Assembly: GCA_018268995.1 (NCBI GenBank)
Contig: JAFDVL010000009.1
Span: forward strand, 987 to 64,986
DNA: 64,000 nucleotides
From: Acidobacteriota bacterium
GTDB lineage: Bacteria > Acidobacteriota > Blastocatellia > RBC074
Direction: 5' to 3'
The notes beneath the pieces are model-generated. The model had not been told where the DNA came from and ran no database searches. It saw nothing but the letters and a program-made list of their open reading frames with translations. Position 1 is the stretch's first letter. Each line of letters opens with the position of its first letter. The position numbers and the translations under genes were made by a program. This document shows positions 29,699 through 39,060 of the stretch, in pieces.

Positions 29699-29796
29699 TG
29701 GTCGTATCCTTAAAGCTGTAGGTAGATAATCTACGGGTGCTTTTTCTAAGTGTTAGGTGGTTCTTTTGGCTCGTAATCGTGGCAGATTACGGGGAG

Positions 29797-31497
29797 TTAC
29801 TTAATAGTAACATCTCTTATTTGCAGTTTTTGTTGCGAACCATCACTAATCGTGTTGCGAGATGACAAACGAAGCTTTAATAACCGGGACAAGAGCTTCA
29901 AATGTCCAAGAATTGTTTTTAAGAGTTTCATCTTAGAGTATCCGAATAATCGCACCGCTAATGTGGCTGGATACTCTACGATTTTCTTTCTTTGTATATC
30001 TAACTTACCGAGTAACTCGGCTACACCGAGGAACCCATCTTCTTCAATTACTAATTTATCAACCGCGCTTTTTCTATACACACGGAAACAACTTGTGTAC
30101 GTTGCAAGTTTTTGACGAAGAACCTGACGATAGAGAAACGAAGACCCTTTTGATAAGGTCAATCGCCAGGCTGGGACATTTAAGACTTTGCCCTCAGGGT
30201 GATAAGGAGAAGCCGTTACCAACGAAACATCTGTTTGTAACAACGGAATCATGTTTTTTAATTCGTGCGGATCATAGGTACAATCGCAATCCATTGAGCA
30301 AACGATTTCCGTTTTAGCTGCACCAATGCCAGTCATAATTGCCGCTGCTACTCCACGATTCTTTTCGTGGCGAACGATAGTAAAATTCGCCTTTGCGCCG
30401 AAAAGTTTTTTTAGTAGCTCGTTCGTTTTGTCTGTGCTGCAATCATCTACAAAAATAAAGGTTGGTCTGTACTTATCTGAGAGTGTTTCTTCGACACTTA
30501 CTAAAGTATTCGCCAGATATGGCAGCGAAGATTCTTCATTGAAGCAGGGGATGACGATACTTACAGGTACTTTAGCTGCTTCTGAAGATTGTACCTTGAT
30601 TATATCTCTGGATTTGACGGACTTACTTTTTACAAAATCAGGTCGCGGCGTTGTATCTAAGCTTAAATAGTCAGCAAAAGATGTGAAGTTGTATTTTTTT
30701 AAGTAATCCTCAATCACCCAATACATCTTCCCCAAATTGCGATAATGCCGGATTTTGGCTAGTGAAGAAGCACTGTTGATGCGCGGTTGTAAGCGATCCA
30801 GTTCCCAGACATGGAAGTACATTACAAAGGGGGCATCGAACGATTCGTGCCATTTTCTGACGGCTTGTTTGATGATCGTATGAGGGAATTGCCGAAAGAA
30901 ATTGCCCCCGGCGATTGGCATCAGAAACCCTGGCAACTTAAAAGTTGAAACGGGAAACTCCCAGAATTGCTTTTCCCCTAACTGAAGTTGATGGGCGAAT
31001 CTTCGTTCAGGGTGCGACCGCAATACTTCCATCGTTGGAGCAATGCTGGCATCGTAACTAAAACCCTCTGCGGCCAACGTCTCCAGCGCCCACAGCGCAT
31101 TCTTTAGTTGCCATCGTTGCGCCGCCCGAAAACCTAAGACCTGTTTACCGCCTGCCTCTTCAAGCGATTCACGGGCACGCAAAACATCCTCTTTGAATTC
31201 AGTTGGATTGGTTCGCGTCAGATCAAGGTTGGAATAGATCGCGATTTCGTGTCCGCGCCGGGTGATTTCCCGAATAATTTCCGGCTGGCGTTCGGCAATC
31301 CAGCCTAATGAAAAGAAGGTAACCTTAGCCTGAAACCGATCTAACAAGTCGAGCGCGACGATGGTGTTGTGTTCAAATCTGGCTTCAAAACGCGACCATT
31401 GACCGCGCTGGATTAAGTAATCGAACGCACCAACGTGATAATAATCCTCTAAGAGGACAGCTAATAGATGTTGCTTTGTCGGTAACGGCTGGGTCAT
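29797..31497 (-). CDS. Fusion protein: N-terminal polysaccharide-deacetylase-like domain (DUF3473/PEP-CTERM-locus subfamily; ArnD-like) + C-terminal DPM1/ArnC-like GT2 glycosyltransferase. First gene of a ~13 kb minus-strand operon.
   Basis: The N-terminus (…LLAVLLEDYYHVGAF…VTFFSLGWIAERQPEIIREITRRGHEIAIYS…) is the deacetylase-like domain. The C-terminal half (VSIVIPCFNEESSLPYL…IFVDDCSTDKT…CSMDCDCTYDP) is the GT2 domain. The AT-rich 430-bp region upstream (31498-31930) looks like a promoter. Confidence 0.75.
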   Translation of the reverse strand: MTQPLPTKQHLLAVLLEDYYHVGAFDYLIQRGQWSRFEARFEHNTIVALDLLDRFQAKVTFFSLGWIAERQPEIIREITRRGHEIAIYSNLDLTRTNPTEFKEDVLRARESLEEAGGKQVLGFRAAQRWQLKNALWALETLAAEGFSYDASIAPTMEVLRSHPERRFAHQLQLGEKQFWEFPVSTFKLPGFLMPIAGGNFFRQFPHTIIKQAVRKWHESFDAPFVMYFHVWELDRLQPRINSASSLAKIRHYRNLGKMYWVIEDYLKKYNFTSFADYLSLDTTPRPDFVKSKSVKSRDIIKVQSSEAAKVPVSIVIPCFNEESSLPYLANTLVSVEETLSDKYRPTFIFVDDCSTDKTNELLKKLFGAKANFTIVRHEKNRGVAAAIMTGIGAAKTEIVCSMDCDCTYDPHELKNMIPLLQTDVSLVTASPYHPEGKVLNVPAWRLTLSKGSSFLYRQVLRQKLATYTSCFRVYRKSAVDKLVIEEDGFLGVAELLGKLDIQRKKIVEYPATLAVRLFGYSKMKLLKTILGHLKLLSRLLKLRLSSRNTISDGSQQKLQIRDVTIK

Positions 31498-31930
31498 CTA
31501 TCTTAAAAATCGCTTTGGCTTACTGGGTTTGTCGGAAGGCATGCGCAGGCGAGGCTAGGCAAGTTTGTAACAATGCCTAGTCGCTTTTTTATTACAAGAC
31601 CGTGACAACTCCCATTTTTAGGCTTTTACCCTGGAAAACCCACTGTATTTACAACCCAACGAAAATGTTTATTGCACCAAGAAACTAAAAAAATATTTAT
31701 CGCAATTTACGGCAGATAAATCGCAGCACGCTTCGCTCCAGGAGAGGCAGAGCACGGATAGATATAGGAGGAGAAATGACCTCCTAATTGCCAATAGGCG
31801 CTACGGGACATTAAGCACATAAAGTAAATTAGGAATATTAGCTTGAATGGCGCGGGCACAATATACTGCCCAATGGCCGCGAACGCAAGGCGATATTTAC
31901 TTCTAAATAAAGGCTTTAACTCTGATTAAC
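31498..31930 (-). promoter_or_regulatory. AT-rich intergenic region upstream of the 10-gene minus-strand operon; probable promoter/regulatory region
   Basis: The region is markedly AT-rich relative to the flanks, with A/T runs (…CTAAAAAAATATTTATCGCAATTTACGG…). It lies between the stop of the TlpA-like gene and the start of the operon. No -35/-10 is assigned with confidence. Confidence 0.45.
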
Positions 31931-33247
31931 TCATCGTTTTTTCGCTGCCTCAATTTTTTCGCTGATCATTGCGACAAAATCTTCGCGCGAATTAAAGCCC
32001 GCTTGTCGAAAGGCAACCTGGCCCTGGCGGTCAAAGATAATGGTGGTGGGAATAGAGGTGACCCTGAACTCTGCATCCAGATAATTAGCATAAACGACAG
32101 GCAATTTGATCTTTTGCCCTTTCACATAAGGCTCAACATAGTTTCGGTCATCATCTGTATTGATGGCTAAAAAAATGACGTCTTTATCATTTTTATATTT
32201 CTCCATTGCACGTTCAAGTTCGGGCATTTCTATGCGACACGGCCCGCACCACGTTGCCCAAAAGTTCGTAATAATGACTTTGCCTTTGTAATCGCTCAGA
32301 CGTACATCGCCACCGTTGAGCTTGGTCAGCTTATACTCAAGAGGATTAGTAACGTTCTCATTTGGATTCGGCGGTTCGATTTTGGCTAAGCGCTCGGCAT
32401 TATCCTTTGTGATTACATCGTAGGTTTTTAGCAACTTATCGCCCAATCCCTGCTCAGAGCCGTTCTTGGCTGTGTATAGCTGCCCTAACTTGCGGCGGAT
32501 TTCGTCTCGATCTGCTCCTTCAGGGGCTTCAATTGAACGAATAAATGCCTGGAGGTAATAGTCAATTGCCTGATCCGTGTTCTTTCGTTTTTCTGCGATG
32601 GCGGCAAGGGTTGCAGCAGCAGAGGCAAGAGGCGATTGTTTATAACTCTTATGCAAATCAGATTCAGCCTGGTCGAGATTGCCGAGATCATTGTGTATTT
32701 GTCCGCGTAGCAGGTACACCGAAGCAATTGTACGGCCCTTCTGTTGTTCCCATTGTCCAGGACTCATCCGTGCGGGTTTGATACGGGATGCAAAAATATC
32801 TTCTACTGCCTTCACTAATTTGTCGCCGTAGCTGAGTGCTTTGGCTAGATCGCCTGTACCTTTGCGGTCGCGCAGAGTCGAAACCAGAAACGTCATTTTT
32901 TCGAGGTCTTGCGGATTACTCGCTACCAGTTTTTCAGCGTATGTGATCTGGCGGTTTTTATCGCGAATATTGCCGGCCATTTTGTACAGTTCGCGTTCGA
33001 TTTCGTCGCGGCGACTGCTGGTCGGATATTTCTTAAGAAAAGCTTCGAGATTTTCGAGCATTTGCTGCTCACTGCCGCCAGAGCCTTCAATGGCTTTGCG
33101 TAACTCTTCATCTTCGTCAGGTTCTTGTACCTCAATTTTTGCCGCATCTTCTTTGGCGTTTGTTTTAGGCTTTTCCTGCGCAATGGCCGATAAGCCTAAG
33201 CATAGAGAGAGGGCGAACACAAACGACGTAGCTTTCAGTTTCATCAA
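31931..33247 (-). CDS. Secreted TlpA-like thioredoxin-fold thiol-disulfide oxidoreductase with N-terminal TPR-like domain
   Basis: Signal peptide MMKLKATSFVFALSLCLGLSAIA. Redox motif WATWCGPCRIEMPELE in the C-terminal ~150 aa, with TPR-like helical repeats in the N-terminal half. Confidence 0.8.
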   Translation of the reverse strand: MMKLKATSFVFALSLCLGLSAIAQEKPKTNAKEDAAKIEVQEPDEDEELRKAIEGSGGSEQQMLENLEAFLKKYPTSSRRDEIERELYKMAGNIRDKNRQITYAEKLVASNPQDLEKMTFLVSTLRDRKGTGDLAKALSYGDKLVKAVEDIFASRIKPARMSPGQWEQQKGRTIASVYLLRGQIHNDLGNLDQAESDLHKSYKQSPLASAAATLAAIAEKRKNTDQAIDYYLQAFIRSIEAPEGADRDEIRRKLGQLYTAKNGSEQGLGDKLLKTYDVITKDNAERLAKIEPPNPNENVTNPLEYKLTKLNGGDVRLSDYKGKVIITNFWATWCGPCRIEMPELERAMEKYKNDKDVIFLAINTDDDRNYVEPYVKGQKIKLPVVYANYLDAEFRVTSIPTTIIFDRQGQVAFRQAGFNSREDFVAMISEKIEAAKKR

Positions 33248-33408
33248 TGGCTCCAGATAAATTTCTTGCAGGGCAAATGTCAGAGATAAAAAGTAAACTA
33301 TAGGCGCGGCCTGTATTGCAACAAAATACTTGTGGCGACGAATTTCAGCGATGCTTTTGGCATTTCCTGAAATTCGTCGCCACTTGGATGGAATGATTTC
33401 CTGATTAC

Positions 33409-35247
33409 TTACTTACCGTGTAATTCAGCATAGTGAACAAAGAACCAATAGGTAATTCCTGCCCACACAACCAAGTTCGCTAATGAAACAATCAGGCCAG
33501 TGGTTTTGACCTGAGCACTTCGTGCGCCGCGATTGGCCTTGCTGCCATACATCAGCATAGCAACCAATAGCCCGACGACTACCCAGAAGAAAAGGCGAAT
33601 TCCGTACTCAACAGGGCCAGCATTTGGAATGTACTTCCAGACCTGCCAGATGGTCAGAATGATAGTCAGGATAATCGCTACGATGGCGGCCACAGGCGGC
33701 GTAGCGTTCTCAATAGTGCTGGTTTCGAGCGTCGCGCTGCTTTCTTCGCTAAGTCTGCTGTGGGAATAGCTGTAAGCGAAGTACACCACCAATCCAATAG
33801 ACATCCAGATAATCAGGCGAATCCATGTGTCAAGCGGCAGACTGTTCATCAAATACGCCGCTGAAACAACCGTCGCAATGGGAATGAAAGGTGAAAGGGG
33901 TACCTTGAAAGGCCGATTCATTCCCGGATTAGTTCGGCGCAAAATGATGATGCCTGTGCCAACAATTACAAACGCAAACAAGGTTCCGATACTCACTAAC
34001 TCACCAAGCAGGCTGATGGGCACAAATCCTGACAAGATGGCGACGATTACACCGGTAATTGCCGTTGTGACGTGGGGGGTCTGGTATTTGGGATGAATTT
34101 TGGCGGCCCAGGTTGGGAGCAATCCGTCCTTGGACATGGAATAGAAAACGCGTGGCTGTCCCATGACCATCACCACCATCGTTGAACTTAGGCCAAGCAC
34201 GGCTCCGACTTTGATAATGGTCGGGAAGACTTGCAGGATTTTCCCCATTGTTGTGCCTTGTGCCTGATTCAATGCTGCATCCACTGCCACAGCAATCGGA
34301 GCTGCTGCGTTAGTCAGCAACTTGTAATCCACCAGTCCCACCATGATTCCTGCGACCAGCACATAAAGTACCGTACAAATCGCCAGCGAACCCAGAATGC
34401 CCATCGGCATGTCGCGTTGTGGGTTTTTGGCTTCCTGTGCGGCGGTAGAGACTGCATCAAAGCCGATATAGGCAAAGAAAATTACGGCAGCTCCAGTGAT
34501 AACACCGGCAAATCCAAAGGGCATAAAGTCCGCGCATCCTGGCGTGCCGGGCGCACAACCCATACCTAAATTGCCTTTATTGACATACCCAATGCCCGCG
34601 ATGATAAATAGCACAACGACCAGCACCTTGATCATCACGATGATCGAGTTGAAGGAGGCCGATTCCTTGATTCCCTTAATCAGCAGCCACGTCACGCCAA
34701 TCGCAATCAACAGGCCGGGAAGATTGATGAGACCGGAAACCTCGCTCCCATCCGCGAGAGTTACTTTGTCCCACGGCCCCTTCGTTAAAATTGCAGGTAA
34801 ATTTACTGAGAATCCTACCCATTGGCTGATGTCTTTTAATAAGCTAACCACATATCCTGACCACCCGACGGCAACTGTTGCCGCGCCAAACGCATATTCC
34901 AGGATCAAATCCCAACCGATAATCCACGCCACAAATTCGCCCAGCGTGCCATAGCCATAAGCGTACGCAGACCCTGAAATCGGCACGCTCGCGGCAAATT
35001 CTGAATAGCAAAGAGCTGCAAATGCGCTGACAATCCCGGCGAGGATCATCGAAACCACCACGGCGGGGCCTGCGTGTTTCCCGGCGGCTTGTCCCGTTAG
35101 CACAAAGATTCCGGTGCCAATGATCGCGCCGACGCCAAGCAGCGTCAGGTCCATTGCACTAAGCGTTTTTTTGAGTGTGTGTTCGCCAGACTCTTGAGCC
35201 TCGGCGATGATTTGATCAATAGGCTTTGTCGCAAATAATGACATCAA
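33409..35247 (-). CDS. Amino-acid permease of the APC superfamily (12 TM core + C-terminal TM extension)
   Basis: APC signature near the N-terminus (…LTLLGVGAIIGTGIFVLTGQAA…) and multiple TM helices throughout. Confidence 0.8.
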   Translation of the reverse strand: MMSLFATKPIDQIIAEAQESGEHTLKKTLSAMDLTLLGVGAIIGTGIFVLTGQAAGKHAGPAVVVSMILAGIVSAFAALCYSEFAASVPISGSAYAYGYGTLGEFVAWIIGWDLILEYAFGAATVAVGWSGYVVSLLKDISQWVGFSVNLPAILTKGPWDKVTLADGSEVSGLINLPGLLIAIGVTWLLIKGIKESASFNSIIVMIKVLVVVLFIIAGIGYVNKGNLGMGCAPGTPGCADFMPFGFAGVITGAAVIFFAYIGFDAVSTAAQEAKNPQRDMPMGILGSLAICTVLYVLVAGIMVGLVDYKLLTNAAAPIAVAVDAALNQAQGTTMGKILQVFPTIIKVGAVLGLSSTMVVMVMGQPRVFYSMSKDGLLPTWAAKIHPKYQTPHVTTAITGVIVAILSGFVPISLLGELVSIGTLFAFVIVGTGIIILRRTNPGMNRPFKVPLSPFIPIATVVSAAYLMNSLPLDTWIRLIIWMSIGLVVYFAYSYSHSRLSEESSATLETSTIENATPPVAAIVAIILTIILTIWQVWKYIPNAGPVEYGIRLFFWVVVGLLVAMLMYGSKANRGARSAQVKTTGLIVSLANLVVWAGITYWFFVHYAELHGK

Positions 35248-35499
35248 ATCCTCCTGTGGTTCATTAGCGGATGGTCAAGATTGTCGTGCAAAGCATCCGC
35301 GTAATTTGGAATCGGTAATACTGCGATTTGGCGACTGCGAGCGAAGGTCGAAATTTTCCGCAATCGAATGGCGCTTACTCTAAACGCAAGAGTTCGAGTG
35401 GTCAATGCCTGCTAAGTTTTAATGGGGGATGAGGACTGAATAATTAGTGAAACAAAAATGGGCGACTCATTCCTGAAATCGCCCGTTTTCCTTGCTTGC

Positions 35500-36900
35500 T
35501 TATTTGCTTGGTTGCGGTGCCGGAGAGGATTGTGCCGCAGGTGTCTGGTTATTTGACTTACCAAACGGCAACAACCGGGCAATGTCATTGAAAATGACAA
35601 AGCCCATCAACAGCATCAGGGCTACGAACCCCACTTGCTGGAATCGTTCGCGCACCTTCATGGTGAGCGATAGCCCCACCAGACCAAGCAGCGCTTCGAC
35701 TATCAGCAGCAGGATCATGCCACCGTCCAGCACTGGAATGGGCAACAGGTTCATAATGCCGAGATTCAAACTCAGTAAGCCCATTAACTGAATCGTTTCT
35801 GCCCAACCACCGGATTCAAACGCATCCGCCGTCATCTTGGCCATGCCAATCGGGCCAGACAAGGAATCGCGGGCTGACAAGCGCCCCACAATGATTTGTT
35901 TGAAGGCTACGCCAGTGATTTTCAGGATGCGCCAGTTGTAATCAAGCGCAAATCCTAAGGCCGCACCAATCCCTGTTTTTCTGATAAAAACGGTTTCTTG
36001 TTGCAGTTCAGCGCCAATCCCAAACAAATCGCTTTTTACCGGATCACTTACCTTAACGGTAGCGATAACGGTTTGACTGCCGCGCTCAAGGCCCAGCGTG
36101 GTGTCTTTGCCTTTCCCTTCCTTCACAATGTCAAAGGTTTTGCTCCAGGTCATGATCGGCTGACCGTTAATCGTTGTGATGCGATCTTGCGGTTGGACAC
36201 CTGCCTGCGCTGCTGCCGAGTCTGGCTTGACCGAAGAAACCAGAATATTTTTCAGATACGGCTCAATACCGATGCGCGCTCCCTGGCCTTGTCCATCGGC
36301 TTTCGGACGCACAACGACATTGATTAACTGTCCGTTGCGGTCAATTGTCATTGGGATGTCTTCGTCAGCGCGGAGCGTTACATCCAGCTTGAAATCATTG
36401 AAGGCCGGGTCTTTGACGCCATTGGAAACCACAATGCGATCCATCGGTTGCAGTCCCGCTTTTTCCGCTGGAGAATCTTTGACAACATTGCCGATGATGA
36501 TGGGCTGGGAATTTTGTGCGCTTTCCTGAAAGCCAATCATAATCGCCGCCATCGGAATTAAAATCGCCGTGAAAATATTAAATGCCGGGCCTGCCAACGC
36601 CACCAAAAAGCGTTTCCATTTCGGGTGCGAGAGGAATTCTTCCACTGAGCCTTCGCTTTTACCCTGAATCATTTCCAGATTTTCGCCGCGAAACTTAACG
36701 TATCCGCCCAACGGGATTGCACTCAGTCGGAAATCTGTGCCGCCCCAGTTGAAGCCAAAGAGGCGAGGGCCGAAGCCAACAGAAAACACTTCTGCCGGAA
36801 TGCCCAGAATTTTGGCGACGATAAAATGCCCGAATTCGTGGATTGTCACCATTGCGCACAGAATAATGATGAAAGGCAGGTAATTCAGAATGGTACTCAC
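35500..36900 (-). CDS. rseP: RseP-type site-2 zinc metalloprotease with PDZ domain(s)
   Basis: HExxH in TM1 (TIHEFGHFIVAKILGIP), PDZ-like segments and a C-terminal LDGG motif (…LPIPVLDGGMILLL…). The likely start is a GTG (VSTILNYLPFIIIL…) preceded by an AAGGAG RBS at 36908-36913. The longer ATG-initiated track ORF (to 37047) is probably an over-extension. Confidence 0.75.
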   Translation of the reverse strand: MSTILNYLPFIIILCAMVTIHEFGHFIVAKILGIPAEVFSVGFGPRLFGFNWGGTDFRLSAIPLGGYVKFRGENLEMIQGKSEGSVEEFLSHPKWKRFLVALAGPAFNIFTAILIPMAAIMIGFQESAQNSQPIIIGNVVKDSPAEKAGLQPMDRIVVSNGVKDPAFNDFKLDVTLRADEDIPMTIDRNGQLINVVVRPKADGQGQGARIGIEPYLKNILVSSVKPDSAAAQAGVQPQDRITTINGQPIMTWSKTFDIVKEGKGKDTTLGLERGSQTVIATVKVSDPVKSDLFGIGAELQQETVFIRKTGIGAALGFALDYNWRILKITGVAFKQIIVGRLSARDSLSGPIGMAKMTADAFESGGWAETIQLMGLLSLNLGIMNLLPIPVLDGGMILLLIVEALLGLVGLSLTMKVRERFQQVGFVALMLLMGFVIFNDIARLLPFGKSNNQTPAAQSSPAPQPSK

Positions 36901-37040
36901 TACACGCTCCTTAAAACAACGCCGAAAACAATTGTTAGCAACAAACTGTTTGCGGCAGACCGCTGTCGCTGTAAAAATAGGCGCGCAACCTGAACGCCCC
37001 CAGCGACGGATATGTTCAGTGTAGGCCACGGGCAAAGAGG

Positions 37041-37844
37041 GTGTCAAACAGACAATTTATGTCCCTATTAACGGAACCTTTTCAAAAGCATCAACAATCT
37101 GTGCGCATTCCCCTCTGGCGCGAGGCGGCCCTGATTCGGGAATGGGTGCAACTCTGGGCCGCTCCCGTATTTTACGGCAAAGGGATTCCATTTGGGAAAG
37201 CTCAGGCCGTAATTACGATCCCCGGCTTTATGTGTCGTGATGTGTATACCAATTGTCTGACGAAATGGCTGGCTCGCATTGGCTATCGCGCTTATCCGTC
37301 GGGATTGGAACGAAACAATGACTGCATTGAAAGATCGCTTGACCGCCTGCTGCAAACAATTGAAACCGCTGCGACTGAAACGAATGGGAAAGTGCATTTG
37401 ATCGGGCATAGTTTAGGCGGATTGTTGGCGCGGATTGCCACCGCGCGACGGCCTGAATTCGTCGCCTCTGTCATTACACTTGGCTCGCCCTTTCGCGGCA
37501 TTCGCGCCCATTCGTATGTTCTTTGGCTCAGTCGGCGTGTGCGTCAGCGTGTGCAATCCGCCGACGTGCCGCATTGCTTTACAGGGTATTGTGACTGTGC
37601 TTCGATCCTGGCATTGCAAAAGCCCTGGCCGCAACAAGTGCTGAACACTGCGATTTACACCAGGGCCGATGGTGTTGTGGATTGGCAAATGTGTGTGAAT
37701 GAAGACCCGGCAAGCAATTTTGAAGTGTCAGGAACGCACGTCGGGTTGGTTTTTAATCCTGATGTTTACCGATTAATTGCAGGACAATTGGCTCAAGCGA
37801 ATGGGGCGAGGATTGCGCCGATAAGTCAGTACCGAGACCGGTAG
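37041..37844 (+). CDS. Alpha/beta-hydrolase-fold lipase/esterase-like protein (PGAP1/lipase-class-2-like)
   Basis: Nucleophile elbow HLIGHSLGG, followed by …LGSPFRG…. Confidence 0.6.
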   Translation: MSNRQFMSLLTEPFQKHQQSVRIPLWREAALIREWVQLWAAPVFYGKGIPFGKAQAVITIPGFMCRDVYTNCLTKWLARIGYRAYPSGLERNNDCIERSLDRLLQTIETAATETNGKVHLIGHSLGGLLARIATARRPEFVASVITLGSPFRGIRAHSYVLWLSRRVRQRVQSADVPHCFTGYCDCASILALQKPWPQQVLNTAIYTRADGVVDWQMCVNEDPASNFEVSGTHVGLVFNPDVYRLIAGQLAQANGARIAPISQYRDR

Positions 37845-37845
37845 G

Positions 37846-37888
37846 GAGCGCGACCCTATACTATTGGACGCTCCCTACCGGTCTTGGT
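37846..37888. terminator. Bidirectional terminator hairpin between convergent genes
   Basis: A 15-bp perfect stem (GACCGGTAGGGAGCG / CGCTCCCTACCGGTC) with a 13-nt loop. Confidence 0.7.
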
Positions 37889-37893
37889 ACTGA

Positions 37894-38916
37894 TTATTTT
37901 TCCAGCAGGCTCTTTGGCTTCCCCGGCAACTCACTGCGATAAATGCGAGCAACGCTGTAAGTGGTTCGTTGCTCCGGCGCATAATATAAACGAGCGAACA
38001 AATCGCCGATAAAGCCTAAACCGAGAAATTGCATCCCGCCCAGAAATGTTACGGCGCAGAAGAGCAACAGCGGCCCGTTTTTGATGAAGATGTCTTCGTG
38101 CCAGACAAGCTTTTTCGCCAGCAACCACGTCGCAATCATTCCCGACAAGACAATCATTGTCAGGCCGATTTTGCCGAAGAAATAAAGTGGTCTGGCCATA
38201 TAACGCAGCAAAAATCGAATTGTCAAAATATCGAACAGCACGCGAAACGTGCGCGAAATGCCGTAATGCGATTTACCTCCACCGCGCGGCATGTCTTCGA
38301 TGGGCACCTCGACAATCGAAGCGCCTTCAATATGCGCCAGTGCTGGAATGAAGCGGTGCATTTGTCCGTACAACGGAATGCGTTCCAGGATTTCGCGGCG
38401 GTAGGCTTTGAAGGTTGTGCCGAAATCGTGCAGAGGCACGCCGGAAGCCTGTGCCATTAGCCGATTGGCAATCAGCGAAGGAAACGTCCGCAAGAAGCCA
38501 TCGCGCCGATGCTGTCGCCAGCCACTGACAACATCGTAGCCGCCTTCTTCAATCTTTTCGATAAAGCGCGGAATATCTTCCGGCTTGTGCTGCTGGTCGC
38601 CGTCCATCGCGATGATGATTTCACCTTGTGCTCGATCAAAACCAGCGGCAAGACCGGCTGTTTGACCAAAGTTTCGACGTAGCCGCACGCCTAAAACGCG
38701 CGGATCAAGGGCGGCAATGTCCCGAATTAATGCCTGCGTGCGATCTGTGCTGCCGTCGTCTACCAGAATTAACTCATACTCATCTGTCACCGATTCCATC
38801 ACTTTCGTGAGGCGTTCGTACATCGGAGTTATGTTCAGTTCTTCGTTGTGAAACGGGACGACAATAGAATAACGCACGTGTGATTTTTGTTCGGATTGAG
38901 AGTTAATACTATTCAT
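37894..38916 (-). CDS. Membrane-anchored GT2 polyprenyl-phosphate glycosyltransferase (ArnC/GtrB/DPM1-like)
   Basis: GT2 motifs (YSIVVPFHNEELNI…LILVDDGSTDRT…IIAMDGDQQH). Two C-terminal TM helices (…IGLTMIVLSGMIATWLL… and …LLLFCAVTFLGGMQFLGLGFIG…) are characteristic of GtrB/ArnC. The start is probably MNSINSQ at about 38916, since the 5' extension to 39051 has no coding features. Confidence 0.8.
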   Translation of the reverse strand: MNSINSQSEQKSHVRYSIVVPFHNEELNITPMYERLTKVMESVTDEYELILVDDGSTDRTQALIRDIAALDPRVLGVRLRRNFGQTAGLAAGFDRAQGEIIIAMDGDQQHKPEDIPRFIEKIEEGGYDVVSGWRQHRRDGFLRTFPSLIANRLMAQASGVPLHDFGTTFKAYRREILERIPLYGQMHRFIPALAHIEGASIVEVPIEDMPRGGGKSHYGISRTFRVLFDILTIRFLLRYMARPLYFFGKIGLTMIVLSGMIATWLLAKKLVWHEDIFIKNGPLLLFCAVTFLGGMQFLGLGFIGDLFARLYYAPEQRTTYSVARIYRSELPGKPKSLLEK

Positions 38917-39060
38917 TGGCGAACAAAAGCTTAGAGGGCAAGCGAAAACTTTGCAAATGATTGCATGTCCGAAATGACGTGGGAAAATAGCTTGAGAAGA
39001 AAAAAGGACAGCAATTAAATTTGCTGTCCTTTCGTAGCGTGTGCATTTCACTGCATGGTT

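Noticed and set aside
36901-37047. N-terminal 49-aa extension of the RseP ORF (track start 37047)
   Set aside because: The extension lacks TM/hydrophobic character, and a GTG with a perfect AAGGAG RBS lies at 36900 directly before the first TM helix carrying HExxH. The extension would also overlap the divergent hydrolase gene start. It probably is not translated.
38917-39051. N-terminal 45-aa extension of the GtrB/ArnC-like GT2 ORF
   Set aside because: The conserved GT2 fold begins at MNSINSQ…YSIVVPF, and the upstream residues are Cys/Phe-rich non-coding-looking sequence. A shorter start was preferred.
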